Below are positions 1 to 14,584 of a stretch of DNA of 64,000 nt, piece after piece. Position 1 is the stretch's first letter; each line of letters opens with the position of its first letter. The position numbers were made by a program, and so were the translations under genes. Origin of the DNA: the human T2T-CHM13v2.0 reference genome, Homo sapiens; assembly GCF_009914755.1 (NCBI RefSeq), contig NC_060937.1; one strand, 5' to 3'. Below the pieces are notes generated by a model, which ran no database searches, was not told the DNA's origin, and saw only the letters and a list, made by a program, of their open reading frames with translations.

Positions 1-1164
1 ACTTACTTTTTCCCTACTGCTCACCAGGTATTAAATATTTAGTGACATTTCTGTTACCTGGCATTGTAATTATTTCAAATGAATTCTTGTGTTCTATATT
101 GTTTCGTTTTTATTGGACTATGTTTTTCTTTACATGTATTGTGGATACCTTTGTAAAGACTCATCCAAATTTATTTTTTTGCTCCATATTTTGTAAGAAT
201 TTTTAGTAATGCATTTGCCTTGTCAGTATGAATCTTATATAAATTTATTCTAATTCATTTCATATTGTGGCTTGCTTTCTATTTACTGGCATTTCCTGAA
301 ATACAATGTCTATATTTGCTTTTATATGATATGTGAAGTACTTGTAAATTTACAAGTAAATTTATTGTGTTTACTTGCAGCCTATATACTTGTATTTATA
401 AACACAACATATTTCTTGTTAGCTACGTGGCTTTCCATTTTTCTTTTTTGGGTTTAGTAGAAAATTACCACATATCTAAAACTTATTATCTCAACCAGAT
501 TCCAATATACAATATAACTTTATTTATGCCCGTGTTTTCCTATATCTCTTGAAAATAGCTTTCAGTACATAAATGCTTAAGGTTTTTTTTTTTTCAAAAA
601 GCGTCCTGTGGGTTGGGAGGCACTGATGTGTCCCCAGTGCCAGCAGGTGTGTTGGCTGTTGGTGATGGGCCGCTAATCCAGCTGCTGCCGGCTGACTGTT
701 ACCGTGGGGATGACTTTCAGGTGTCTGATGGCGTTGTCAAGCAGACTCTGTGGACACAGGGAACTTAAGGACTGCCTCGCTCTGAAGTGGTTATCTCTGC
801 AGTTAATGTTTCCACCGAGGACTCTGCTTCCAGCCTGTCCATCCTGCCCACCTAAGAAAACCCTTAGAAATAAGGGGTGAGTCCCTCGAGGATTTAACTG
901 TTTAGTTGTGAAATGGGCACGTGGCGTCCAGGGAACACAAGCAGCAGCGGAACTGGACAGCAAGGGCTTCGTGGGGAGCTGAGTGTCCTCTGAGGGTGGT
1001 GGCTCCTGCAGGGAATCACTTACGGGTTCAGGGTCCCTGATCTGGGAAGGCCCAGCCCCATGCCCCGTGTGCTCTCTGGGGCCCACTTCCCATCCATAGT
1101 GGACTGGTTCAGGCTAGACCCTCTGCAAATCTGGAATAAGGTTTGCCTTCTGCCTTGGTGGAAC

Positions 1165-2711
1165 TGAGAGGTGACAGCATGCTGGCAGTCCTCGGAGCCC
1201 TCGCTTGCTCTTGGCACCTCCCCTGCCTGGGCTCCCACTTTGGTGGCATTTGAGGAGCCCTTCAGCCCCCCCACTGCACTGTGGGAGCCCCTTTCTGGGC
1301 TGGCCAAGGCAGGAGCCCACTCCCTCAGCTTGCAGGGAGGTGTGGAGGGAGAGGCGCGAGCGGGAACCGGGGCTGCGTGCGGCGCTTGCGGGCCAGCTGG
1401 AGTTCCGGGTGGGCGTGGGCTTGGCGGGCCCCGCACTCGGAGCAGCCAGTCAGCCCTGCTGGCCCGGGGCAATGAGGGACTTAGCACCCGGGCCAGTGGC
1501 TGCGGAGGGTGTACTGGGTCCCCCAGCAGTGCCAGCCCACCGGCGCTGCGCTCGATTTCTCGCCAGGCCTTAGCTGCCTTCCCGCGAGGCAGGGCTTGGG
1601 ACCTGCAGCCCGCCATGCCTGAGCCTCCCACCCACTCCATGGGCTCCTGTGCAGCCCGAGCCTCCCCGACGAGCACTACCCCCTGCTCCACGGCACCCAG
1701 TCCCAACGACCACCCAAGGGCTGAGGAATGCGAGCGCACGGCGCAGGACTGGCAGGCAGCTCCACCTGCAGCCTCGGTGTGGGATCCACTAGGTGAAGCC
1801 AGCTGGGCTCCTGAGTCTGGTGGGGACGTGGAGAGTCTTTATATGTAGCTCAGGGATTGTAAATACACCAATCAGCACCCTGTGTTTAGCTCAAGGTTTG
1901 TGAGTGCACCAATCGACACTGTATCTAGCTGCTCTGGTGGGGCCTTGGAGACCCTTTATGTCTAGCTCAGGGATTGTAAATACACCAATCAGCACTCTGT
2001 ATCTAGCTCAAGATTTGTAAACACACCAATCAGCACCCTGTGTTTAGCTCAAGGTTTGTGAATGCACCAATCGACACTCTATCTAGCTGCTCTGGTGAGG
2101 CCTTGGAGAACCTGTGTGTGGAAACTCTGTATCTAACTAATCTGATGGGGACGTGGAGAACCTTTGCATCTAGCTCAGGGATTGTAAACGCACCAATCAG
2201 TGCCCTGACAAAAACAGGCCACTGGGCTCTGCCAATCAGCAGGATGTGGGTGGGGCCAGATAAGAGAATAAAAGCAGGCTGCCCGAGCCAGCATTGGCAA
2301 CCCACTCGGGTCTCCTTCAACGCTATGGAAGCTTTGCTCTTTTGCTCTTTGCAATAAATCTTGCTACTGTTCACTCTTTGGGTCCATGCTGCTTTTATGA
2401 GCTGTAACACTCACAGGGAAAATCTGCAGCTTCACTCCCGAACCGAGCGAGACCACGAGCCCACCGGGAGGAAAGAACAACTCCAGACATGCTGCCTTAA
2501 GAGCTGTAACACTCACCGCGAAGGTCTGCCGTTTCACTCCTGAGCCAGTGAGACCACGAACCCACCAGAAGAAAGAAACTCTGAACACATCTGAACATCA
2601 GAAGGAACAGACTCCAGACGCGCCACCTTAAGAGCTGTAACACTCACCGCGAGGGTCCGCGGCTTCATTCTTGAAGTCAGTGAGACCAAGAACCCACCAA
2701 TTCCGGACACA
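1165..2711 (+). mobile_element. LTR12C-type solo LTR (HERV9/ERV9)
   Basis: Starts TGAGAGGTGACAGC and ends CCAATTCCGGACACA. GC-rich U3, tandem CACCAATCAGCAC (NF-Y CCAAT) repeats at about 1860-2240, and AATAAA at 2353-2358. Flanked by a 4-bp TSD GAAC/GAAT (1 mismatch). Confidence 0.93.
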
Positions 2712-2991
2712 GAATTTCATGGAGCCTGGAGCCCAGGTAAGTAGTGAAAGCCGTCTAGAGATAGAGGAGCAAAGCGAATACACAGGTGGAGGCTGAACGC
2801 TGAGAAAAAGAGTGCTGGGGTCTTTGCAGTTTGGGTTGTAGCCACTTCCTGAGGCTCGGGGTCCTGAGACAGCCCACATATGAAACCTCTCTGTGTCCTT
2901 TCCTCACTCCAGCCTGAGGTTGCGTCTGTCTTTTTCAACCCAAGTATGTGAATGAACACCGCAGGTGGTGCTCGTCTGTCTGATGTTATAA

Positions 2992-3674
<683 letters not shown>

Positions 3675-3744
3675 TTAACTCTTAATATTGGATATCAGGT
3701 TAATTTTATAACGAATGATCATTTCTTATAATTTTATTTCTTGG

Positions 3745-3876
3745 TTTGTTGCCCAGGCTGGAGTGCAGTGGTATGATTTTAGTGCATTGCAGCCTTGAAC
3801 TCCTGGCCTCAAGTGATCCTCCTGCCTCAGCCTCCTGAGTAGCTGAGACTAGAGGCATGCTCTACTGTGCCTGGCT
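3745..3876 (-). mobile_element. Alu monomer (FLAM/FAM-like)
   Basis: Single diverged antisense monomer, GCCCAGGCTGGAGTGCAGTGG...GTGCCTGGCT. Confidence 0.8.
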
Positions 3877-4067
3877 CATTTCTCGTAATTTGAAAAGTTA
3901 AACATCCAAGCTACAGTGAACTGAATCCAGTATTAATAGAGTGGTGTCACTTGGGGTGTTTGTATTTTATTTTGACACAAGAGAACTGACATTAAAATAG
4001 CCGAAGGAGTATGGTTTCATTCTGAAGAAGGATTGGTCAGCAGGGAGGCTTAGAAATTGGAGATTCA

Positions 4068-4362
4068 GGCTGGGTGTGGTAGCTCACACCTGTAATCCCA
4101 GCACTTTCGGAGGCCAAGGTGGGTGGATCACCTGAGGTCAGAAGTTTGAGACCAGCCTGGCCAACATGGCGAAACCCGATCTCTACTAAAAATAGAAAAA
4201 GTAGCCAGGCATGGTGGTGGGTGCCTGTAATCCCAGCTACTCGGGAGGCTGAGGCAGGAGAATCGCTTGAACTTAGGAGGTGGAGGTTGCCGTGAGCCGA
4301 GATTGCGCTAATTTTTGTATTTTTAGTAGAGATGAGGTTTCGCCATGTTGGCCAGGCTGGTC
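4068..4362 (+). mobile_element. AluS, 3'-truncated and rearranged (forward 4068-4308, inverted internal copy 4307-4362)
   Basis: The sense Alu body stops at GAGATTGCGC with no tail and is followed by the reverse complement of its own 4150-4205 segment. Confidence 0.88.
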
Positions 4363-4556
4363 CAATCTCTAAGCTTCCCCTGCTGACCAATCCTTCGCAC
4401 TAAGGCTTTGTGGAATCTAATGGGGGTGGCTTCTGGCCACAGGTGACTTGTCGCTTGTTCCATGCAGGCAGCAACTTCTTGGAAATACATGCTCTGTATT
4501 CGAATTGAGCAAACGTTAGCCTGGTAACAGATAACCCCCCAATCCCAGCAGTTTAA

Positions 4557-5065
<509 letters not shown>

Positions 5066-6489
5066 TGAATCCAATGCAGGCTGATTTCTGGCTTACATCA
5101 CAGTCCAGTCTGATTTTCTGCAGATTACTTTCTACAAGACGATTTGGGACCTCAGTTTACCACCTCCCAGCGGACCGACGGGTGCGGTGAGTGGAGATGA
5201 TTTTGTGAGAGTTTTTAGGACAATCCTGGAAGTGGGTTTGTCACTTCTGGCTGCACTCTATTGGCCTGAAAGGAATCACACGGCCCCACCCCAATGCGGG
5301 AGGCTGGGAGTGTTCAGCGCCTGCAGAGAAGGTCAGGTGGGCTGGAAGCCCTGCGCCAGGCATGGCCACGCCCTGGTGAAGGTGCTCGACAAATGTGAAC
5401 ATCTCCACCTAAGCCCCCCTTGGCACCACCACTGAGTCAGTCTGTGTTTTGGATGTTTAATTTTGGGGTTCAATTTGCTGATGGTGAATTTGACAATGAT
5501 GTTATTGATTAATTCATTTAAAGGGAGGAGAATCACAAATATTGTGGCTAGTACAGAACAACCTCTTCCACCAAGCCAGTTGTGACTGTTGCGGATGGAG
5601 ATGGACACCTAGTGAATGATTTAATCCACCAACAATTGTGGCACACAGGCATCGTCTTCCCCACGCCAGGACTCAGAGGCTGAGCCCAGGGTGCTGAGAG
5701 GCTGAGCCCACAGCTCCGGGGTGAGGAATGGAGCTCCCCGAGCGCGGCTTATCTTTCAAGGGAGCTCACACTCTTTTACAACAACCCTCGAGGTGAGGGC
5801 TCCTTCAGACTCTCCCAACTCCACCCATGGCCACAGCCTCCGGGGCAGGGCTCCTGTTCCTACCCACCCCTCAAGCTCCTTCTCATCCACATGCCCAGGC
5901 TAACGTTAGCCACACTGGCAGCGGGGGAACTGACCCTGAGCAGCAGGCGCTGGCCCCTGCTCCAAGCCCTGCTTTCCGAGTGAACTCTTGTACCAGCTGG
6001 AATTGTCTCCGGGTGCTTCCTCCGTCAGACCACGGTCAAGTGCAGGTCCAGTGTTTTGGGTCAGATGTCAGTGGGCAGGCTCAGCATTCATCCAAAGAAA
6101 TAGCAGCTTCGTAATTGGTTACTTGTAGGGGTAATTAGCTATCTGCATAAATTAACTGATTCCTCCTCATAGTATGTCCCCTATAGACAGTGAGGGTTCA
6201 ATTTGCTGTTGGTGAATTTGCTAATGTGACTTATTGATTAATCTTTTTAAAGTGGGGTGGTTCCCAACACTTGAGGCCACCTGAGCCCATGGAGAGGGTG
6301 GAAACTGACCCACAAAGCTGCCAGCTGCTGGGGAACACGGGTCAGCCCAGTGAGGCAACTCTCTGGCCACATTGCCCACCGCCTGCCCTTCACTCCCACC
6401 AAGCATGGCTCCCTCAGAGTCCCATGGCTGCTCTGCTGCCCAAGGAAACTGTTCCTCTGGGCGTTCTCAAAGGCCTGAATGGATGAGTG

Positions 6490-7505
6490 CCATGTCCAGT
6501 GCTATGAGTCTCCTGATGGTGGATGGACACTGTGTCCCATGTCCAATGGTGGGGACTGTGCCATGCCCTGTGTCCAGTGATGCTGGATGGGCCATGCCCA
6601 GTGTCCAGTGATTATGGACAGGCACCGTGCCAAGTGTGCTATGATTATCGATGGGTGCCATGTCCAATGTCTAATGATGATGGACAGGTATGTTCAGGGT
6701 CAATTGATGGTGGATGGGCACCATGCCCAGTGTCTAATGATGATTCAATTGATGGTGGATGGACGCCATGTCCAGTGTCTAATGATGATGGACAGGTATG
6801 TTCAGGGTCAATTGATAGTGGATGGGCGCCATGTCCAGTGTCCAATAATGGTGTACCGTGCTCAATGTCTGATGAGAGTGTACAAGTGCCTTGCCCAGTG
6901 TCCAGTGATGGTGGACAGGCACCATGCCCATTGTTCAGTAATTATGGTCATTGGACATGCCAAGTGTCCAATGATGGTGGACCATGCCCAGTGTCTGATG
7001 AGGGTGTATGGGTGCCATGCCCAATAATGGTGGACAGGCATCATAGCCATTGTTCAGTGATTATGAACAGGTGCTATGCCAAGTGTCCAGTGATGGTGGA
7101 TGGTGCAATGCCCAGGGTCCAATGATGGTGGATGGGCACCATGCTCAGTGTCCATTGGTAATGGATGGGTACAATGCCCATTGTCTAATGAGGGTGTATG
7201 GGCACCATGCCCAGTGTCCAGCTCATTGTCCAGTGATAATGGATGGGCCCCATGCCCAGTGTCCAGTGATTATGGACAGGCACCATGCCCAGTGTCCAGT
7301 GATTATGGACAGGCACCATGCCCAGTGTTCAGTGATGGTAGATGGGCCTCATGCCCTGTGTCCAATGATTATGGACAGGCACCATGCCCAGTGTTCAGTG
7401 ATGGTAGATGGGCACCATGCCCAGTGTCCAATGATTATGGACGGGCACCATGCCCTGTGTCCAATGATTATGGACAGGCACCATGCCCAGTGTCTAATGA
7501 TGGGG
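6490..7505. repeat. Degenerate 33-bp minisatellite, about 30 units (unit like CAGTGTCCAGTGATTATGGACAGGCACCATGCC)
   Basis: 11-aa periodicity in the ORF track (PVIMDRHHAQC, PVSSDYGQAPC); near-perfect units at 7240-7500. Confidence 0.92.
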
Positions 7506-7507
7506 AA

Positions 7508-8218
<711 letters not shown>

Positions 8219-8305
8219 GTGGACAAGTACCATGCCCAGTGTCTGCTGAGGGTGTATGGGCAGCCTACCCAATGTCCTCTGATGGTGGGGCATTTGTCCA
8301 TGGGT
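8219..8305. repeat. Residual units of the 33-bp minisatellite beyond the MST insertion
   Basis: GTGGACAAGTACCATGCCCAGTGTCTGCTGAGGGTGTATGGG matches units at about 6975-7020. Confidence 0.8.
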
Positions 8306-8768
8306 CTGTGAAGAGCCAGGAATACCTCGGCCATGTTGGGGACAAGCTCCCCAGCCTGTGGAGTCCCCTCATCCTTCTTTCTGTACCGTGAGTGCTCCTC
8401 CAATCGGAGAATACTTTTCTCCTCACCACATTCCACCTGTTACCATAGGTGTTTGTCTTTTTGGCCTCCCTGATAAATTTCAGGCTCCTCAGGGACTGGG
8501 CCCACAGAAGCCCCTAGACTCTGGATCTCCTAGCACTGGTCCTTAGCAGTGTTAATGGATGGATGGTTGCCGGGGTACATGAATGGTTCAACTTTTCTTC
8601 ATATATTTATCACAAGTTAGAGGGAGGATTCCATTCACACCTCCCAAAGAGTCCAAACTGCTCACCACTTAGACCTGGAAGCCTTTACGGGAGACAAAAA
8701 CTCCTGGTGAGGAAGGTAGAGCTTCTAGGGAAAGAAAGAAAAAAAATTAGCAACTTTATATGGGACCT

Positions 8769-9170
8769 TGTGTTCAGCCATTCTTGCACTGCTATAAAGA
8801 AATACCTGAGACTGGGTAATTGATAAGAAAAGAGGTTTGATTGGCTCATGGTTGTGCAGGCTGTATAGGAGGCATGGCACCGGCATCTGCTCAGCTTCTG
8901 GGGAGGCCTCAGGGAGTTGTTACTCATGGTGGAAGGTAAAGCGGAAGCAGGCCTGTCTCATGGCGAGATTGGGAACAAGAGACAGCCAGCAGGAGGTGCC
9001 ACACGCTTTTAAACAAGCAGATCTCACTCATGACCAAGGGGATGGTACTAAGCCATTCACGAGGGATCTGCCGCCGTGATCCAATCACCTCCCATCAGGC
9101 CCCACCCCCAACACTCAGGACCACATTTCCACATGAGATTTGGGTGGGGACACACATTCAAACTCGATCA
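8769..9170 (-). mobile_element. MST-family MaLR solo LTR
   Basis: Antisense MaLR motifs (CTGCTATAAAGAAATACCTGAGACTGGGTAA; CATGAGATTTGGGTGGGGACAC); perfect 5-bp TSD GACCT. Confidence 0.9.
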
Positions 9171-9344
9171 GACCTTTGCCTTCGCGATTTCACCAGGTCT
9201 TGCTGCGAGCACACCCACAGGGCCATCTGCTGTCTGCCATCAGTGTCTATTTGATGGCAGTGCCTCATTCGGGCTGCCTGGCGCCACGATGTTTCAGTTG
9301 TCCCCTTTTGATGGCCATGCCTGAGAAGCCACAGGAGTAGTTGC

Positions 9345-9665
9345 TCAGTGTCAGGACTCAGGCTTCTGGTCCAAAACCCAGACCCACTTCTTAAGGCAGT
9401 GTGACCTTCGGCAGGTCACTTAAGCTCTTTCCTGTCTCTGAAATGACTGTAATAATGGAAAGCTCTTCCTACAGTCATTGCAGGGACTAAGTGAGTTAAT
9501 GCAGGAAATCCTTACAGCATTGCTGCACATCACAGTGCCCAGTAAACAGTAGCCATTGATGCCTCCATTTCCCAGAGGAGGAAACTGAGGCTCTGAGAGG
9601 TTCAGAGATTTGCCCAAGGCTGCAGAGCTAGTACGCGGCAGAGAGAGGACTTAGAGCTAACTCTG
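9345..9665. mobile_element. Two MIR fragments (sense then antisense)
   Basis: GTGTGACCTTCGGCAGGTCACTTAA core and GAGGAAACTGAGGCTCTGAGAGG...TTGCCCAAGG core. Confidence 0.7.
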
Positions 9666-10043
9666 TCTTCACCTATTTATTGATCACAGGCTTGGTTAGA
9701 CCCCAAGGTCTCCCGCACACTCCCCAGTGGACATCTCCACTGATGTGGCTCTGACGCCACCAGCCCCAGCCCTGGTGTGTATCGAGCCAGCGGCGGTGGT
9801 GGGGCCAGTGGCAGCAGGGTAGGGCAGTTGCTTTCACTGGAGTCTTTAGCACACAAGGCGATGGGTCCAGCTGGGTCTTCTGATGCTTAGACATGGAGTT
9901 GGGCTGAATTGCCTGGACCTAACATCATTTAAGGATGAATACATTGTTCTGGGATGTTCTCATAAGATCACAGAGACACAGAACAGAGACAGAGGTTTTC
10001 TCTTTCTATTTTTCTGTTTCTCTACCTTGATGACATCACTTAT

Positions 10044-10790
<747 letters not shown>

Positions 10791-12705
10791 TCCAGCCAAG
10801 AATAAATGCGAGGTGGGCAGCAGCGGAATCACTTCTCACTGGGGTGGGATGAGGCCAGAGGGAAACGAGGAGGTGGGCTCAGAAGCCCAGTTCCCCAGTG
10901 GGGTTTTCTTTTTCCCTTCCCGGGGGGTGGCTCCTGCGTGGCTCCTTTTGCTGCCGTCTGCCCATCCTGACTTGATCTTATTTGCCCTGGCGGAGCTGCC
11001 TTCCCCCTCGTGTCACCTCTGCCCTTTCCGGGAGGGGCCCTTGTTCTCCGCCCCCAGCAACACTCCCATCCCGTGAGCCTCAGGCTTTGCTGCCGGTCTC
11101 TGCTGTCCCAAATGCGCGGCTCACTCCTGTCCTGTGTGGGCTGTCACCTGGCGGGGGAGTGGGTGGATACAGAGGTGGTTAGGCTTCAGAACGGTTTCCC
11201 TCTCCTCTGTGACTGGCAGCTCTGTCATTCATCAAACCCTGAGATGCCAGACAGTTTCCTATCTCTCAAACAAAGGTTAAGCAAATCAAGTTTTCACAGA
11301 GTAAAGCTGATCCATTGACAGGACAAATTGCTTAAGGAGAATTCATCTCACTGTCGGCAAAATCCATCAATCTAGGGTTAGTCATTGAGTATCTCCTGCC
11401 AGAGCAAGGGACCAAAAAATGAAGGGATGAGGGCGAGCAGGAAATACTCAGGCCCTGCCCGCAGTCAAGGACAGGTCCTGAGCAGGGGCTGTAATGGAAC
11501 AAGAGTGTTTCCTGTTCCTCTCCCTAACCCAGGCCCTCACTCCACGTACCTAATGCCGGGTCGAGCACTGAATAAAGCACCAAGAGATACTGTGCATGGC
11601 ACACCCCTGTGGGCAGCCTCCCTGCTCTCCTCGGTCAAGCAGGGCCCCCTTGTGTATCCCCATCTACCCCACTGCAGCCCCACACAGGTTCTCCCCAGCC
11701 TGTGGCCCAGCCCCTGCCCCTGCCATGCAGTTGCCCCCCACAGCCCCCCATGGAGGCCTCTGCCCAGCTCTCAGCCCTGGGGTGAGCTCACCTCCCAAGC
11801 CTAGCCAGAGGGAGCGCAGCCCTCCTCACACCCTTATCTCACCTCCCCACCTCTAGACTGTGCAGGAGCTTTCTGCTGTGTGAACCCCCAGGCCATGGTG
11901 CCTGGTCCCTGCAGACACAGCGAGGGAACCACCCAGAGGTGCATGTGGAGTGGGTGGATGGCAGCCAGGAGGCTCTTCTCACCCAGGGGATGAGGGCAGA
12001 GGAAAAGCAAGAGGGAAACCAGGCCACAAGGGGCTCACCATGCCTCTGCCCCTCCTGTCCATGGCGATGACCACGGTGGACACCAGCAGGCCCCAGGCGA
12101 GGCGGCGGGAGGCAGCAGGCAGGATGGGCCATCCAGGGAGGGAGCTGGGAGGCCGAGTGGGCGGTGATGGGCTTCAGTCTCCCTGAGGGGCTGTCCTCCC
12201 ACTGAGGAGTCCTCAGCCTCATTAAATAACCAGGGTTTGTCTCTGTGGCGTGGGTGGCAGGGACAAAAATCAGTGCCCAGGAATCACGGCTTCCTCCCTC
12301 CCTCACTGCCCAAGCGGGAGATCAGGCTCCTTCCCCACCTCACAGCAGCCAGAGGTGGGGGCCTGGGAGCTGGGAGAGGAGAGATTCATATCTCCCAAGG
12401 GGCTCTGTGGGAGGAGGTAAAGGTGCCTTGGGGGAGGAAGGGTGACGAGGATCAAGGATGATGCTGGGCTTGGGGAGGAGCATGGGGAAGAAGAGTGTCC
12501 TCCCAGGGCTGTGGGAAGGCAGGGGAGAAAGAGCACATGAGAGGCGGCACCACCCTGGTGTTCCCTGGAGAGACCCTCACAGAGGCGCTGGTCTGTTGGT
12601 TGCTATGAAGAGGGTCCCCTTTGATTGACATGCGGAGGATGCTGCATGAACTTGGAGCCGAGGCAGTGGGGTTTTCACAGCTTGGAAAAGCCCAGACTTG
12701 GTATT

Positions 12706-13135
12706 TGTTATGGGTTGAGTTGTGTCCCGTGAAAACCAGGGTTCTGGAGCCCGAAACCCTGGTACCTGTGAATGAGAGCTTATTTGGAAATTGGGTCTTG
12801 CAAACATGATGAAGTCATGGGGATCATGAGGGTGGGCCCTAGTCCAGCATGATGTCCTTATGGGGAGGCGAGAACCCTGTGTGAAGACTCCCACGGGACA
12901 AGGCCTGAGATGGAGGCAGAGATAGACACGGCACATCTAAAGCCAAGGAACCCTGAGCCTCACGGCAGCCCCGGGAGCTGGGGAGGGGCTGTGGAGGACT
13001 CTCCAAGTCTCAGGGAGGCGGCCCTGCTGACATCCTGACTTCAGACTTTCCAGCCTCCAGAACCGGGGGATGATAATCCCTGTTGTTTTAAGGCCCCCCA
13101 GTTCGTTGTTACAGCAGCCCCAGGAAGCTAATTCA
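12706..13135 (+). mobile_element. MLT1 (MLT1B/C-like) MaLR LTR
   Basis: TGTTATGGGTTGAGTTGTGTCCC start, GGGTGGGCCCTAGTCCA internal motif, and ...TTGTTACAGCAGCCCCAGGAAGCTAATTCA end. Confidence 0.85.
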
Positions 13136-14088
13136 GCACTCTAAGTTGCATTGCAAGCAGAGTCCTTCAGGAGAATGCGAAGAACTGCGTGGTCCAGCTT
13201 GGGCTGAGGGCAGTGAGCAGAACCTTGCCAGGAAAGGAGACCATGGCTCACCAGGCCAGGCAGCCCTCTCTCCTCTCTGGCCCCAACGGGCACAGCAAAC
13301 TGAGGCTCCAGACAGGAGGCTGAGCACAGGCTGTCTCTGCCCTGTGCCCACACCTGCTTGTAAGCTGAGGGCATTTTATTGGCACAGACTTCAAAAGCAT
13401 TAAAAAACATCCCACATGGTAATGTTATGTACAAGCAAGGTAATTCTACGTGTCTGGAGAATGGATGTAGCATAAATTGGGTCTTTTGGCCAAAATGAGA
13501 AATAACAGATGCAAAGATATTGCTATTTAACAAATGCACAGTTTTGCTCCACTTTTGGTTAAGAGTCTTGTTTGCTTTTGATGAAGAGTCAAGGACTGAA
13601 ATAATGTAAAAAAGTTAAGAATATTTATTTAAACAGGAATTTTCATCTAAGGTCCAAGCACAAATAGCCCCGGCAACACCACGTTCCAGCACCGAGCACA
13701 GTACGATAACTGTGCTCAAGGTTACCTTCCATTTCAAGTTGTAAGCATTTTTCCAGAAATCTATAACTGGAGTTAGAACCATGACGGCTCAGTCATGTTG
13801 TTAGTCTCATGATGAAGAACATGAAATAGTTTGGAGAAAAAGACAGATACATTTAATGGTTCCAAATTACAGATCCTCCACGGTGGATCAAAAGCTTACT
13901 GGGACATTTTTCTTTAAGGGCAAGGGAATTCAAGATACTGGTGGTGCCATTTCAACAAATCATTGCCGTAAATGTGGTTTGCGGGAGGCCACCAGGCTGG
14001 TGGACATGGGTTGTTCCACCAGGCTAGAACACAATTGCTTTTGTGTGTTGTGTGTATGTGTGTGTCTTATGTATGTTTCTGTGCCGCG

Positions 14089-14117
14089 GTGTGTGTGTGT
14101 GTGTGTGTGTGTGTGTG
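14089..14117. repeat. (GT)n microsatellite
   Basis: About 14 pure GT units, preceded by degenerate TG sequence. Confidence 0.95.
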
Positions 14118-14584
14118 CACAATCTCAATGCAGGTAGGTTATCCAGGCACACGGGACACCTGGTAGAGCACCTTTAGGAAGATGAGCCAAGAATTATTTC
14201 CATAAACCATGTCAGAATCGTCACTGAACACTTGCCCTTCCTCCTTATGAAAATGTTTAATTTACTCATTGTTAGACAAAAAGGCAGACGCTTAAGATTT
14301 TTCATCATTGTAAAAGAAGTGTTATCTATGGCAAATGAGTCAGTAAACACATCCTAATAGCAATATGCTGCAAAATGTGTCAATTTGAGGCCAAACATGT
14401 TCCTTTATTAGAATTGATGTTCTCCATCCTGAAGCTCCTATTACAGCCTCATTTGGGTGGAAGGAGGAATTTCAGGGAGCAATGCAGTTCAGCAGAAATT
14501 GTTGACACGTTATCTCCCTTCACCAAAGGTCAACATTTGATGGAAAGTTACACATAATAAAATAATTCCCAAATTTGGTTTCCA

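Noticed and set aside
1020-1848. Long GC-rich ORFs (239 and 225 aa)
   Set aside because: They lie almost entirely within the LTR12C U3; open frames follow from its GC content.
6490-7505. CRISPR-like array (33-bp repeats)
   Set aside because: Units are head-to-tail with no unique spacers, there are no cas genes, and the DNA is human.
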